30,456 nt of DNA. Source: a virus. Taxonomy: Duplodnaviria > Caudoviricetes. This document shows, piece by piece, positions 19,334-29,214 of this stretch. Position numbers and translations under genes: made by a program. The stretch spans positions 1 to 30,456 of the IMG/VR virus record IMGVR_UViG_3300017754_002321; one strand, given 5' to 3'. Every line of letters starts with the position of its first letter. The stretch's first letter is position 1. The notes under the pieces are model-generated. The model ran no database searches and was not told the DNA's origin. It was given only the letters and a program-made list of their open reading frames with translations.

Positions 19334-20188
19334 TTATTTAAGTTTTTTCTCTATTGCCTTAAAGATTTCTACGCCTTCATCTGTTTTGAAAAATGCAGCC
19401 ATTGCTGAGTATGGATTTTCATCAAATGGAACGGTCATTAATTTTCTTCCGTTCTCTCCCCAAGTAAATGTTCTTTGGTCTTGTGATAATTTTATAATCC
19501 CTACTTCCGATGCTCTAATAGCCATATTTCTTAATGGGACATTCTCATCATTTGCTAAGTCTAAAAATAATGCTGGATTTTTTCTAGCAAGTAAAAGTAA
19601 GTCTCTCTTAATTTCTTTAGAACTCATTTTATTTACTCTTGATCCCACTTCAACTCTTACAATAGCTTCTGCCATATCAATATCCATATCAAATGCAGCG
19701 TTCATTGCTTGAACCTCTAATTCTAGATTATCTAATGTATCTTCAGCAATTGCAACAGCATTGAATTCTCTGTATTTTTTATTTAAAGCTGGATGATAAA
19801 TAGATAATAATTTTTGTAAATTTTGTCTTTCTTTTGGAACATTAAGAACTCCATTTTCAAACATAATATGTCCTAATGTAGATTGTCCTTTTTGTTCACT
19901 AACTAATGGAGAATTCTGATTTGTTGCATAACGTAATTCTTCTTGCTCTCCAGTTTCTTTGTTAAACCATAATAAAGGGTATCTAACTGAGTGTCTGCTT
20001 TGTAAGGTATACGTTAAACCAGCATGACTGTCCGCTATAATATAGGTGCGGTCTTTAATTTCCCAAGTTGGTTTTTGTGGTTCTTTTTTTACCGGTTTTG
20101 TAGTTTCAACCACTTCGGTATATTCTTGCGTTGCGATTTCTTCGTCAACTAAAGTTTCTTTTGCTTTTGCGTTTGGTCTTGTTGCCAT
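19334..20188 (-). CDS. Hypothetical protein downstream of the MCP, 284 aa (possibly virion-associated)
   Basis: Intact ORF with an acidic, disordered N-terminus; no motif recognised. Confidence 0.55.
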   Translation of the reverse strand: MATRPNAKAKETLVDEEIATQEYTEVVETTKPVKKEPQKPTWEIKDRTYIIADSHAGLTYTLQSRHSVRYPLLWFNKETGEQEELRYATNQNSPLVSEQKGQSTLGHIMFENGVLNVPKERQNLQKLLSIYHPALNKKYREFNAVAIAEDTLDNLELEVQAMNAAFDMDIDMAEAIVRVEVGSRVNKMSSKEIKRDLLLLARKNPALFLDLANDENVPLRNMAIRASEVGIIKLSQDQRTFTWGENGRKLMTVPFDENPYSAMAAFFKTDEGVEIFKAIEKKLK

Positions 20189-20215
20189 AATATAATATAA
20201 TTTAATAATTGTTTT

Positions 20216-20263
20216 AAAAGAGTAATAACTACCCCCGTCAGTTCAACGAGGGTAATTACCACT
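20216..20263 (-). terminator. Long hairpin after the major capsid gene (terminator/attenuator or processing site)
   Basis: Minus strand AGTGGTAATTACCCTCGTT-GAACT-GACGGGGGTAGTTATTACT: 19-bp stem with 5 G.U pairs, followed by CTTTT. Confidence 0.75.
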
Positions 20264-20269
20264 TAGTTG

Positions 20270-21730
20270 TTATACAGTAGCTGTAAACAATACGAAGTTA
20301 TTAGCTCCTTGAGTTACTAAACATCTTTCTGATAAGAAGTGAACTTGCATTGCATCTAAATCAGATGTGTAAGCTCCTCCAACAGATCCAGTGATCCAAG
20401 ATTTCATACGTCTATCATCAGCTTGATTAGCTCTATAACGAACGTGTAAGAATGGACGACGGATGTTTGTTCCTAATTGTTGATCGTAAACTGTAGAAGT
20501 ACCAGCTGGAACTAATACACCATCAATAGAAGTATTGATCATACCACCACGAGTAGAAGCATCATTTAAGTATTTCCAGTCAGTTTTGTAGAAATCGTAA
20601 GATCCTCTTCTGAATCCAGAGAAACCTAAGTTAAGTGCCATTTGCTCAGAGTTTTCGAATAAACCGTAAGCAACACCACCAGCAGCTCCAGAAGATAAAG
20701 AAGCAAGCATATCATCAAAATCAAGAGATGTAGCTCTGTTCAAGAATAACATGTTCTCTTCAATAGCCCCTTGAGTGTCTAAGTTTTTCAAAATTGAATC
20801 AAAATCAGATAAACCAGCAGCAGCAGTAAAGTTGTTAACTACGTTACCTCTTTCTTTAATTGCAGCGAATAAACCTTGAGTTCCTTTAAGCCCATTTCCA
20901 GTATCCAAAGTAGATGTTCCAGAAACTAATTCACCCTCAATTACAGACATTTCTAAATAATCCTCAAAACGTAATCTTGTTTCAGATTCAGCTTTTAAAT
21001 ACCATAAGAAACCACCTGTTCCATCTTCAGTAGCAACTTCAACCCATCCAATTTGAGCAGTATCAGATCCAGATACTTGGTATCTTTCTTTAATAATGAT
21101 TGGAGAGTTACTAAATTGTGTAAATGATGGAGTTACAGAGTTTAATGATTGATCTGTAGTACCTTTTCTAAATTCAGATCCATAAACAAAGATTTTAAGA
21201 TCTTCAGCACCTGTAAAGTCAACTGGTCCACTAACCAAAGTAGATTGAGTATATGGTTTAACCTCAAGTAATGCTGGGTTAGTATCTCCACCAGTTCCTG
21301 TTGCAGCATCTGCAGTAGAATCGGTAACATAAACTTTAAGTTCTTTTCCTGTAGAAGGACTCATAACTACTAAAGTTTGTCCAACAGAAATTACGTTGTT
21401 TACAAAGTTTGGTCCATTTGTAGAATCAGTAACAAAACTTAATTGAACACCACTATCACAAGTTACTTCTTTGTAAGCAATGTGTAAACGGTTTTGTTCA
21501 GACCAAACTACTTGGTCAGAAGACATAGGCATTTCAGCTCCTACCATTCTTAAAAACCCAGAAAGAGTTCTATTTCCATAACGCTCTACTTCAGCTTCAT
21601 AGATTTCTGGTAAATATTGTTGTGCGAAATCGTTGCCAGAACCATCAGTAAAATTTAAATAGTTGGTTTCTAAGGCTTGTTGTTTTTGAGACGGTTTAAT
21701 TGTCCCAAACATTGGGGTCACATTTGACAT
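20270..21730 (-). CDS. Major capsid protein, 486 aa
   Basis: Follows portal and scaffold, followed by a strong hairpin; HK97-like layout (WSEQNRLH at E-loop entry, FSNSPIIIKERYQVSGS strand, spine helix ETRLRFEDYLEMSVIEG, GTQGLFAAI). Confidence 0.85.
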   Translation of the reverse strand: MSNVTPMFGTIKPSQKQQALETNYLNFTDGSGNDFAQQYLPEIYEAEVERYGNRTLSGFLRMVGAEMPMSSDQVVWSEQNRLHIAYKEVTCDSGVQLSFVTDSTNGPNFVNNVISVGQTLVVMSPSTGKELKVYVTDSTADAATGTGGDTNPALLEVKPYTQSTLVSGPVDFTGAEDLKIFVYGSEFRKGTTDQSLNSVTPSFTQFSNSPIIIKERYQVSGSDTAQIGWVEVATEDGTGGFLWYLKAESETRLRFEDYLEMSVIEGELVSGTSTLDTGNGLKGTQGLFAAIKERGNVVNNFTAAAGLSDFDSILKNLDTQGAIEENMLFLNRATSLDFDDMLASLSSGAAGGVAYGLFENSEQMALNLGFSGFRRGSYDFYKTDWKYLNDASTRGGMINTSIDGVLVPAGTSTVYDQQLGTNIRRPFLHVRYRANQADDRRMKSWITGSVGGAYTSDLDAMQVHFLSERCLVTQGANNFVLFTATV

Positions 21731-21754
21731 AATCCTTTAATTTTTAATTGTTAA

Positions 21755-22927
21755 TTATCTTTTTATTTTTAATTTTGTAGAATCAACCCCATTAATTGCT
21801 TTTACCTTCCATCCATTAACAAATCCATTATCCGCAGGAGATTGTCTTGCAGTGGTGGTTATATTATTAGATTTAGCAACAACCTCTTTAATTGCATCGG
21901 CTTTGCCTTGCTCATAAAAATGTTTTGCAATAGTATCAGCGTTCTCAGCGGCGTACATCGCTTTATGGTACCCTTTAACATCTCTAACCGATCCATCTTC
22001 ATTTAAGAACTTCTTAATAAGATTGGTGATATTGGATTGTTTTTCAGCTACCGCTTCCGGGTTTGAAACTCCATATCTAAAACTTTTCTCACCTAAATTG
22101 AAATCAAAACCTTTGAATTCTTGGGTAAACAATGTTTTAGTCTCAGCTTTAAACCTAGAATGTTGCGTCTCTGCTTTTTGTTGATCCTGATTGTATCGGT
22201 TGAAAAAGTCCATAGCTTTTTGTTGCTCTTGAGTAGTTCCAGGACGTAATTTGATTTCGTCATAGTATTTACTTTTGATTGTCTCCAAATAAGTTTTGGC
22301 TTTTGCAACTTCCTCTTTAAATGCGAGTCTTTTTTTTCTGACATCTCGCTCGTCATCTATATCCTCATCATAGTCAAAAGTATCTTCAATTAAGAAGTCA
22401 ATTTCTTCCATGTTTAAATGCGGTCTTGTTTGCTTATAGTATTCCTTTAACAAGGTATCACTATCTGTATTTGAATAATCAGCATTAAGTCTTACGTAAT
22501 CTTCTACAGTTCCGCCAGTTTCTTCCATAAAGCTAACAAGCTTTTCTACATTTTCTGGTAATTTTCTACCTGTTGCCGCTTGCTCTTGAATATGTTGGTT
22601 TAATTCTGCTGTAACGTTCTCAACTTCTTGAACTATTTCTTGTTCATTGATTTCTTCAATAACATTTTCAGTGGTCCCTTCGTTTCTTTGTCCCACTTCT
22701 TGCAATTCCATTTCGGGCTGTTCTGCGCGTAACACGCTGCTCTCTGTGCTTTGTTCTTGAATGGCATTTTCTGGTTGATTAGGTATTACTACTTTTGTTA
22801 TTTCTTCTGCTGGTTTTGCAGCTGATAGGTCTACTTTTGTAGGCTCATCTGATTTTGTTAATTTTTTAGGGGTAGCTCTTTTGGCTTTTAATTTAAATTC
22901 CCCTTCTTGTTTTACTGATTCTGACAT
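21755..22927 (-). CDS. Putative capsid scaffolding protein, 390 aa
   Basis: Acidic Glu/Gln-rich N-terminus, helical body, HFYEQGKADA near the C-terminus; located between portal and MCP. Confidence 0.65.
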   Translation of the reverse strand: MSESVKQEGEFKLKAKRATPKKLTKSDEPTKVDLSAAKPAEEITKVVIPNQPENAIQEQSTESSVLRAEQPEMELQEVGQRNEGTTENVIEEINEQEIVQEVENVTAELNQHIQEQAATGRKLPENVEKLVSFMEETGGTVEDYVRLNADYSNTDSDTLLKEYYKQTRPHLNMEEIDFLIEDTFDYDEDIDDERDVRKKRLAFKEEVAKAKTYLETIKSKYYDEIKLRPGTTQEQQKAMDFFNRYNQDQQKAETQHSRFKAETKTLFTQEFKGFDFNLGEKSFRYGVSNPEAVAEKQSNITNLIKKFLNEDGSVRDVKGYHKAMYAAENADTIAKHFYEQGKADAIKEVVAKSNNITTTARQSPADNGFVNGWKVKAINGVDSTKLKIKR

Positions 22928-22959
22928 GATATAATATTATAAAATTGGTTAATAAAAAT

Positions 22960-25380
22960 TTATTTAGGTTCAAATTGTGCTAAATCAAAACCATCTAAGT
23001 TATCGAATCCAGCTGATTCAAAATCTTTTGGAGGTAAATTATTTTGTCTTTGATTAGTTAATTCAGATTGTATTGTTCCTCTTAATTTTTCTCTTTGATC
23101 CTTTTTGTCTTCGGCCATTGACATTTTTGATGTAACGACTTGTGATTGCACTTGTGCTAATTGCATATTATATTGGAATTCTAACTCCATTAATTGCCTT
23201 TTTAATTCAGCTTCACGCTGCATTTTTTCTATCTCAAATTGATTTTTAGCTTGTGCAACCTGTATTTGTGTTTGGGATAATGCTTGTTGTTTTTGTACTT
23301 CCGACATCGCTGCAGATTCTGCTACTTGAGCATTTGCTTGAGCTTGAGCCTGAATATTTGCTTGTTGCATTGCTTGCTCTTGAAGCATCTTACGCTTACG
23401 TTTATATTTCAACGCTTGATTAGCAAGTTTGATATTATTAATTTCTCTAATATCAATTGCATCCTCTAAATCAATTCCTCCTGACTGTAATGCAATTTGT
23501 ATATTTTGTTCTAACTGTGCTTTTTCTTCTTCATCAGGTTCTACTTCTAAAGAAATACCAAAATCTTGAATATCTAATTGTTCTAATTCTTTAAGTGTTT
23601 CTACGTTATATAAAGAAATACTATTTTTTAATGAATCAGCCGTGATAGGAAATTTTAATGCATCAGCCACTCTTTTAGATATATTCTCACATACTCTTAA
23701 AGTTAAAAATAAACTTCCATCTAATATGTGTCTTGTTGCGGTATTTGATGAAGCTGCTGCCATTTTTTGTAGTCCTACTAAGGAATCTCTATTAGGCATA
23801 CTACCGTCTCTTGCTTCGTTTAATCCGGTAACATCACGTATCATTTGTAAATAATATTGATACGCTGAAATTAACGATTGTATTTTTGCTCCGGCTGCAG
23901 ATGTTTGCAATTCTTGGATAGGCACTTTACCTTGGTTAACGCCACCATCTTGCGACATAGATCTACCAACAATACTACCGGTTTGGAAATACATATTTAA
24001 TGCTTCTGCCGGATTATAGTTTGTACCATTTCCTAAATCAACTTCTGCTAATCCATCAACGTCTACAAATACACCATCAGGTACCATTTTAGCTAATACC
24101 TGTTGCAGTTTTAAGTGCGTTAATTGGATCATATCCGCGAAAGTAGTAATTCTACTTACTAATGATTCAATTCTTCCTCTGTACATTCTAGGCGCAACAA
24201 TAGCATAATTCATATCTACCTTTGTGGTATCGGCTAAGGGTCTTGTCATGTTTTCACATAACTCCCATCTAAGCATTTGATTGTGACCTAATATTTTTGC
24301 TCCAGAATATAAAACTTCAATACTTCTAGAAACCACATCAAAGTTATCACTTGGAGGCGGATTAAAGAAGTCTGTTTTTTGCAATGCTTTTTCTAAACCT
24401 TGCTCTGTTTGTTTTATTTTAAATACTTGATTAGAATATGTTTTATATTCAAAATATAATACTTGTACAATGTTTCCATCTTGGTATGACCCGTTGAAAT
24501 TTCTTGTGTAACTTGTATTACCCTGGTATTTTTCAATTTCTCTTAATTCATCAACACCAATATTCGGAAATTCTTTTTTTAATTCCTGTAGTCCAATAGA
24601 TTTTACTTCACCAACATAATATATATCGGAGAAGTTTGGATCTTCTGTATAAGAATAAACAAGGTTTACTGGATCTACATAATCAATTTCAATGCTATTA
24701 GACTTATTAAAACTCGTTTTAGCACAAGCAATACCTAATACCGTTAGATCATAATTTAATCTTTTATTAATTAAATCGTAATTATTGTTTGCTAAAAAAT
24801 TACTTATTAATTCTTCTTCCGCAATTTCAACCGCTTGTTTGTACGATAATTGCATATGCAATGCTAATTGTTCGTCGTCTTCTGGCAGCATATCAGGATT
24901 TGCAGATTGGTATAAATCCGCTCCTAGTTTATTTTTTAATTCTGCAAGTAGCTCTTTAGCTTGCATATCATTAGTAAGAGCCTGTGTATACCGCGTTTTT
25001 GCAGCAACTGAATATGGATCCTGAGCAACGGCTTTTACTTTATAATTTCTACTTGATATTCCATTTACAACAATATCAACAAATTTAGGTATAACAGGTA
25101 CTGGTTTCCAGTCTATATTTAAATAAGATAAATCGCCATTAATAGCCATTTCATCTTTATACTTTTGAACACTTTGTTCTCCTCTAGCGTATAATCTTAA
25201 ATTATGGTATCTTTGCCAGTTGTTGTTCCATCTACCATTTGCTCCACCAGTTCCAGAGTTACCATTGAACCATTCGTATTCAATAGCCTGCCCAACTAAT
25301 GTGCCATATTCTAGACTTTGTTTTTCTTCATCCGGTACAACCTGACTTGGGAAAGAACTGTTACTATTGGTATAAATCAT
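22960..25380 (-). CDS. Portal protein, 806 aa
   Basis: Immediately downstream of TerL; PVIPKFVDIVVNG and IRDVTGLNEARDG motifs; long C-terminal Gln/Ala coiled coil like the P22 portal barrel. Confidence 0.88.
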   Translation of the reverse strand: MIYTNSNSSFPSQVVPDEEKQSLEYGTLVGQAIEYEWFNGNSGTGGANGRWNNNWQRYHNLRLYARGEQSVQKYKDEMAINGDLSYLNIDWKPVPVIPKFVDIVVNGISSRNYKVKAVAQDPYSVAAKTRYTQALTNDMQAKELLAELKNKLGADLYQSANPDMLPEDDEQLALHMQLSYKQAVEIAEEELISNFLANNNYDLINKRLNYDLTVLGIACAKTSFNKSNSIEIDYVDPVNLVYSYTEDPNFSDIYYVGEVKSIGLQELKKEFPNIGVDELREIEKYQGNTSYTRNFNGSYQDGNIVQVLYFEYKTYSNQVFKIKQTEQGLEKALQKTDFFNPPPSDNFDVVSRSIEVLYSGAKILGHNQMLRWELCENMTRPLADTTKVDMNYAIVAPRMYRGRIESLVSRITTFADMIQLTHLKLQQVLAKMVPDGVFVDVDGLAEVDLGNGTNYNPAEALNMYFQTGSIVGRSMSQDGGVNQGKVPIQELQTSAAGAKIQSLISAYQYYLQMIRDVTGLNEARDGSMPNRDSLVGLQKMAAASSNTATRHILDGSLFLTLRVCENISKRVADALKFPITADSLKNSISLYNVETLKELEQLDIQDFGISLEVEPDEEEKAQLEQNIQIALQSGGIDLEDAIDIREINNIKLANQALKYKRKRKMLQEQAMQQANIQAQAQANAQVAESAAMSEVQKQQALSQTQIQVAQAKNQFEIEKMQREAELKRQLMELEFQYNMQLAQVQSQVVTSKMSMAEDKKDQREKLRGTIQSELTNQRQNNLPPKDFESAGFDNLDGFDLAQFEPK

Positions 25381-25383
25381 TTA

Positions 25384-27606
25384 TTATATTATTTCGGAGG
25401 AGTCTCCATTATTGTTATATTTTTTAAATCCTAATCCAAACTTAGGTATTTCATAAGGTGTAGTAGGAACATATAAATGTTTATTACAAGCCATTATTGC
25501 TAAACCTGAACTAATAGAAGCATCATGCTTTGTTCTATTGTTTATGTTAAATCTTGCCCAATCTTCCAATGTTTTTTGGAAATACATACTACCATATTGT
25601 TCATTATTATAACCAACATTATTTTCTATGTACGTCTCAATAGCTGAAGCGTGAGCTTGCATTATATCTTGTGAGGAGTTTGGTATACCGCCTATTTCTT
25701 TTTCGGCTGGTGATAGTTTATTCCAAACTTTATCTGGTCTATTTATTGAAAACCCTCTATAACCTCTTCTTTTTAAATAATATAAAAGTCTTGGCTTATT
25801 ATTTTCTGCTAATATAGGCATTCCGTAAAATACCAAAGCCATAAGAACATCTTCAAAAAAAATCTCAGCTGTTTGAGGTCTTGCAATATATTCTAAAAAG
25901 AAATGATTAGGAGGAACATCTTCCATGGTAAACTTTGTTAATCCATGAAGTGCTCCATTAGATCCCCTGCTTACATCTACTGTTCCTGATATATCATAAC
26001 TATCACAACCAAATGCGCCACAGTGTTCATTGCCTGGGTATTTAAGCCCATTCCTTATAATTACACGGTTTTGAAGATGTTTAGGTGGTATCCAAGAAAT
26101 TAAAAATCTTCCGTCCTTATTTGGATAAAAAATTACTTGCGAATCTTGTATTCCATTTTCCCATTGAAAACTACCTCGTGTTAAAACACTTGAATTTCTA
26201 AGGTCATCATTGTAATCTATTTGTTCGTATATCTTAGTAAGATTAAACAAAGATTGTTTTGCTTCATCTCTAAATGCATGTTGTTCTGTTCTTGGAAACT
26301 GACGGTAATATTCATTTAAACCATCTTGATCACTCTTTAAGCCATCTACTTCATTCTGCCAATGTTCAATAACACCATATTCAATCCAATTTCCATCTAC
26401 ACCTTTTATCGGGGTTTTTGGAGTGTCGAAGACAGGTAAGCCATAAGTATCAATGAATCCCTCGTAGGACCATTCCATAGGTATGAACAAACTATATAAT
26501 CCTGAACTAGTCTGTCCATTGCGGTTTCTTTTTGTAACGTCGGAATCATAATATAATTTTTTAAAATTATCTCCTCCTTTATCTAAAGCATTTGATGTTG
26601 ATCCCATCATACACTTACCAATAATTCTACTACCTAAACGCAAACACGTTTTAGTAACACGCCAGTTGTTTAATATATTATCCGGCTTTAACCATTTACC
26701 ACTTTCATCATGTACGAGTAACTTTAATTTCTCCCCATCATAAGAGTTGTCTCCGGTATTCTTCCAGTCAATTGTAGTGTCTAATCCTTCTAATTCTATA
26801 ACAGTTTCGTTTGCGTCTAATTTTCTTCTTGTAAATTTAGAAGCCGGAACTCTATATGCCAACTCTGTTTTTGGACGGTCCATACCGTCTTGTATTGGTT
26901 TGAAAAAGAAAGGATAGTTAATAGAGATTGGAACAACTTTATCTGTAAACATTGTTTTAGCATCCTGTCCAGATTTTGATAGTATACCAAATCTTGAGTC
27001 GCTTGATATAGTTGCTTGGTTTACTAATTCTGCAGAAGACATAAATGAAAATCCGGAACGTCTATTTTTTAAATAACACATTCCATAACATCTTGTATCC
27101 GCCTTACAAGCCTCCCAAAATATGAAGAACAATCTATTTGATTCCCTAAAATCTGGCGCACCTACGTCTATCTTGCTCCATTGCAAGTACATATAATGTG
27201 TGCCAGTTATATAGGTTGGTATTCCATTGTTATTAAAGTATACACCTTCATCTCTATATTTAAATTCAGCATCTACATAATCGTACCACTGCTCTTTAAA
27301 ATGATCTGGATATTTATTCCAATCAAATACATTCTTTATTTTATCTAACTCTTTTGGGTATTCTATTTTTTCCCAATACTGTTCTTCTTTTTTATTAGAT
27401 CTAGAATATACTTTTTCTACTTCAGGTAAGGCTATCTTTAAATTTTGGATTTCATATATCTCACCAATCTTTCCAGTTTTACTAATAACAACCATATCAT
27501 GGTCTTTATTATATCCATATGCCCATTTTTTATTACGATTGTTTTGCTTTATAACGCTTTGCTTAACGTAATTGGGTACAACTCTAAATAAATTTTGTTC
27601 GTACAT
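25384..27606 (-). CDS. terL: Terminase large subunit, 740 aa
   Basis: Walker A-like LKNRRSGFS, Walker B LLVHDESGK, coupling motif GSTSN, RNase H-like nuclease AFGCDSYD, LAENN and KHDASIS. Confidence 0.92.
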   Translation of the reverse strand: MYEQNLFRVVPNYVKQSVIKQNNRNKKWAYGYNKDHDMVVISKTGKIGEIYEIQNLKIALPEVEKVYSRSNKKEEQYWEKIEYPKELDKIKNVFDWNKYPDHFKEQWYDYVDAEFKYRDEGVYFNNNGIPTYITGTHYMYLQWSKIDVGAPDFRESNRLFFIFWEACKADTRCYGMCYLKNRRSGFSFMSSAELVNQATISSDSRFGILSKSGQDAKTMFTDKVVPISINYPFFFKPIQDGMDRPKTELAYRVPASKFTRRKLDANETVIELEGLDTTIDWKNTGDNSYDGEKLKLLVHDESGKWLKPDNILNNWRVTKTCLRLGSRIIGKCMMGSTSNALDKGGDNFKKLYYDSDVTKRNRNGQTSSGLYSLFIPMEWSYEGFIDTYGLPVFDTPKTPIKGVDGNWIEYGVIEHWQNEVDGLKSDQDGLNEYYRQFPRTEQHAFRDEAKQSLFNLTKIYEQIDYNDDLRNSSVLTRGSFQWENGIQDSQVIFYPNKDGRFLISWIPPKHLQNRVIIRNGLKYPGNEHCGAFGCDSYDISGTVDVSRGSNGALHGLTKFTMEDVPPNHFFLEYIARPQTAEIFFEDVLMALVFYGMPILAENNKPRLLYYLKRRGYRGFSINRPDKVWNKLSPAEKEIGGIPNSSQDIMQAHASAIETYIENNVGYNNEQYGSMYFQKTLEDWARFNINNRTKHDASISSGLAIMACNKHLYVPTTPYEIPKFGLGFKKYNNNGDSSEII

Positions 27607-27887
27607 TATTTAGATCTCCCTTCTGCAAAACCTTTAAATACTTTTTGTGCAGTATCTTTTGCTGTTTCCTCGTCGTTTAATATTCTTTCTTCGAGTTCAA
27701 TACGGTTGAGTATTTCAAATGCGTCAAAGATAGCTAGCTTTTTTGTTGCTGCAGCGTTCTTTAATTTATCTGCTGCTAAATCATCTTCGCCGTTATCTAA
27801 AATAGCTTCTTCAGCTACTTTGATTAATTCCAATACTGCTTTGTGCCCAGATTGGATTATAGCTAGCTTCGTCTCCTTTATATTCAT
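27606..27887 (-). CDS. Small helical protein, candidate terminase small subunit, 93 aa
   Basis: TAATG-coupled to terL; two-helix composition. Assignment is positional. Confidence 0.45.
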   Translation of the reverse strand: MNIKETKLAIIQSGHKAVLELIKVAEEAILDNGEDDLAADKLKNAAATKKLAIFDAFEILNRIELEERILNDEETAKDTAQKVFKGFAEGRSK

Positions 27888-28440
27888 ACTTAATTACAAT
27901 ATCATTAGATTTCATACAATATAATCGCTCCCCATCTATTATAAAGTCATATTCCCCGTAAGGAGTATAACCCACTAAGTCTCCAGGATTGATTTTAAGC
28001 TTATTTAAAGAACTATTTCCATATTTTAATATACCAATAAGCTTTTGTTCCTTATCGAGCTTTAAATAGTCAATATTCTTTAATGGTTTTATAAAACACC
28101 TATCGCCAAATGATTTCCATTCAGCATCTGTTTTATATAAATATATCTGATCAAGATCACAAAAGTAAAGGTCATCTTTAAAATAAGCTCTACTGTTTTT
28201 TATTTTGCCTCTTATATCATAAAACTTTCTAAATACATTATGATGTATCACAACAATGTCTCCCGCTTTTATATCTGTAGTATATGCTAATGGTACTGAA
28301 ACTACCTCTGCAAAATTATTAACAGATTTAAAACTTTCTATTTGGGTGTTTAGTATAAGATCTTTATCTCCTACTTTGACTTTGTTGTTGTATCGATCTC
28401 CATTTATTGGACGAACGATAAAACTAAAGACGCTTTTCAT
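27811..28440 (-). CDS. Tandem GroES/Cpn10-like protein, 209 aa
   Basis: Domain 1: FIVRP...AEVVSVP...IKAGDIVVI. Domain 2: FGDRCFIKP...INPGDLVGY...FIIDGERLYCMKSNDIV, matching the GroES pattern PLGDRVLVK...VKVGD.V...IDGEEYLILRESDIL. Confidence 0.7.
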   Translation of the reverse strand: MKSVFSFIVRPINGDRYNNKVKVGDKDLILNTQIESFKSVNNFAEVVSVPLAYTTDIKAGDIVVIHHNVFRKFYDIRGKIKNSRAYFKDDLYFCDLDQIYLYKTDAEWKSFGDRCFIKPLKNIDYLKLDKEQKLIGILKYGNSSLNKLKINPGDLVGYTPYGEYDFIIDGERLYCMKSNDIVIKYEYKGDEASYNPIWAQSSIGINQSS

Positions 28441-28451
28441 TAATATTCTAA
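28439..28451. repeat. 13-bp direct repeat, left copy (ATTAATATTCTAA)
   Basis: Identical to 28986-28998; the pair brackets the homing endonuclease gene. Confidence 0.8.
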
Positions 28452-28456
28452 AACTT

Positions 28457-28984
28457 TTAGCATTTTATTAAATTTGTTTTATTTATATAAGTGCCATCTA
28501 AATAAGATCTCAATGTCCTTGGCTTTATTCCTATAACATTTGCGGCTTCTTTATAACTTTCCCAAAATATGCCTGTAGATAAATCTAATATTGGTCTACA
28601 TAAATTTGGTAATTTTAAATCTTTATTCCAAGCTAATTGGGTTTTGCCTCTTTTAAAAGTATTTCCAGTTGCTCTAATTTTAGCAGCATCTTTCATTTCT
28701 TTCGTCCATACAGGAGATCCATACCCGCCTTCTTTCATGTTATATGTTTGAGAGGATGAAACAAATTCTTCGTTTACATAAAAACTTTCAAATTCATAAG
28801 CCTCATCTTTATCCTCAAATATTCCTAATATAAATGAATAAAAATTTTCTTTACCATATTTTTTAATTGCGGCTTTTATAGCTTTACCACTTCCCATATA
28901 ATTGTCATTTATATTTTCAGTTTCATGAACCCCTATATACGACTTCTGATTGATTTTATTAATTATGCAATATGATATATACAT
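28457..28984 (-). CDS. Free-standing GIY-YIG (Seg-like) homing endonuclease, 175 aa
   Basis: YISY...KSYIG, YMGSG, AIKKYGKENF, catalytic-type EAYEFE and YNMKEGG; C-terminal AWNK and NUMOD1-like HTH (ESYKEAANVIGIKPRTLRSYL). Confidence 0.88.
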   Translation of the reverse strand: MYISYCIINKINQKSYIGVHETENINDNYMGSGKAIKAAIKKYGKENFYSFILGIFEDKDEAYEFESFYVNEEFVSSSQTYNMKEGGYGSPVWTKEMKDAAKIRATGNTFKRGKTQLAWNKDLKLPNLCRPILDLSTGIFWESYKEAANVIGIKPRTLRSYLDGTYINKTNLIKC

Positions 28985-28985
28985 A

Positions 28986-28998
28986 ATTAATATTCTAA
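28986..28998. repeat. 13-bp direct repeat, right copy (ATTAATATTCTAA)
   Basis: Encodes the Leu-Glu-Tyr-stop end of the 75-aa gene on the minus strand. Confidence 0.8.
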
Positions 28999-29214
28999 GT
29001 CAAACTCCACGCTGATTGCCATATTTGCATTGAATTTCTTCCAAGGCATAACTTCATCTGCTTTTTTTATATATATATTATACGAAGAGTCTTTATCATT
29101 AAACTTTATATAAGCTATTTCATGCCCACCATATACTTGCTGTCCAACAGAATAGTGCATAGCCTCATTTTTGTAGTCTACGCCTATACTTATTTTTCTA
29201 ATAACCGAGTCCAT
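28987..29214 (-). CDS. Hypothetical protein, 75 aa
   Basis: TAATG-coupled to the upstream 84-aa gene; beta-rich sequence. Confidence 0.7.
   Translation of the reverse strand: MDSVIRKISIGVDYKNEAMHYSVGQQVYGGHEIAYIKFNDKDSSYNIYIKKADEVMPWKKFNANMAISVEFDLEY

Noticed and set aside
22960-27606. Introns or inteins in terL or portal
   Set aside because: Both ORFs are continuous, with no intein splice motifs or embedded endonuclease recognised.
8081-28751. Other short ORFs nested in or antisense to structural genes (e.g. 19386-19712, 21142-21330, 22093-22356, 27595-27924, 28256-28471)
   Set aside because: They overlap well-supported genes, mostly use alternative starts, and have no independent support.
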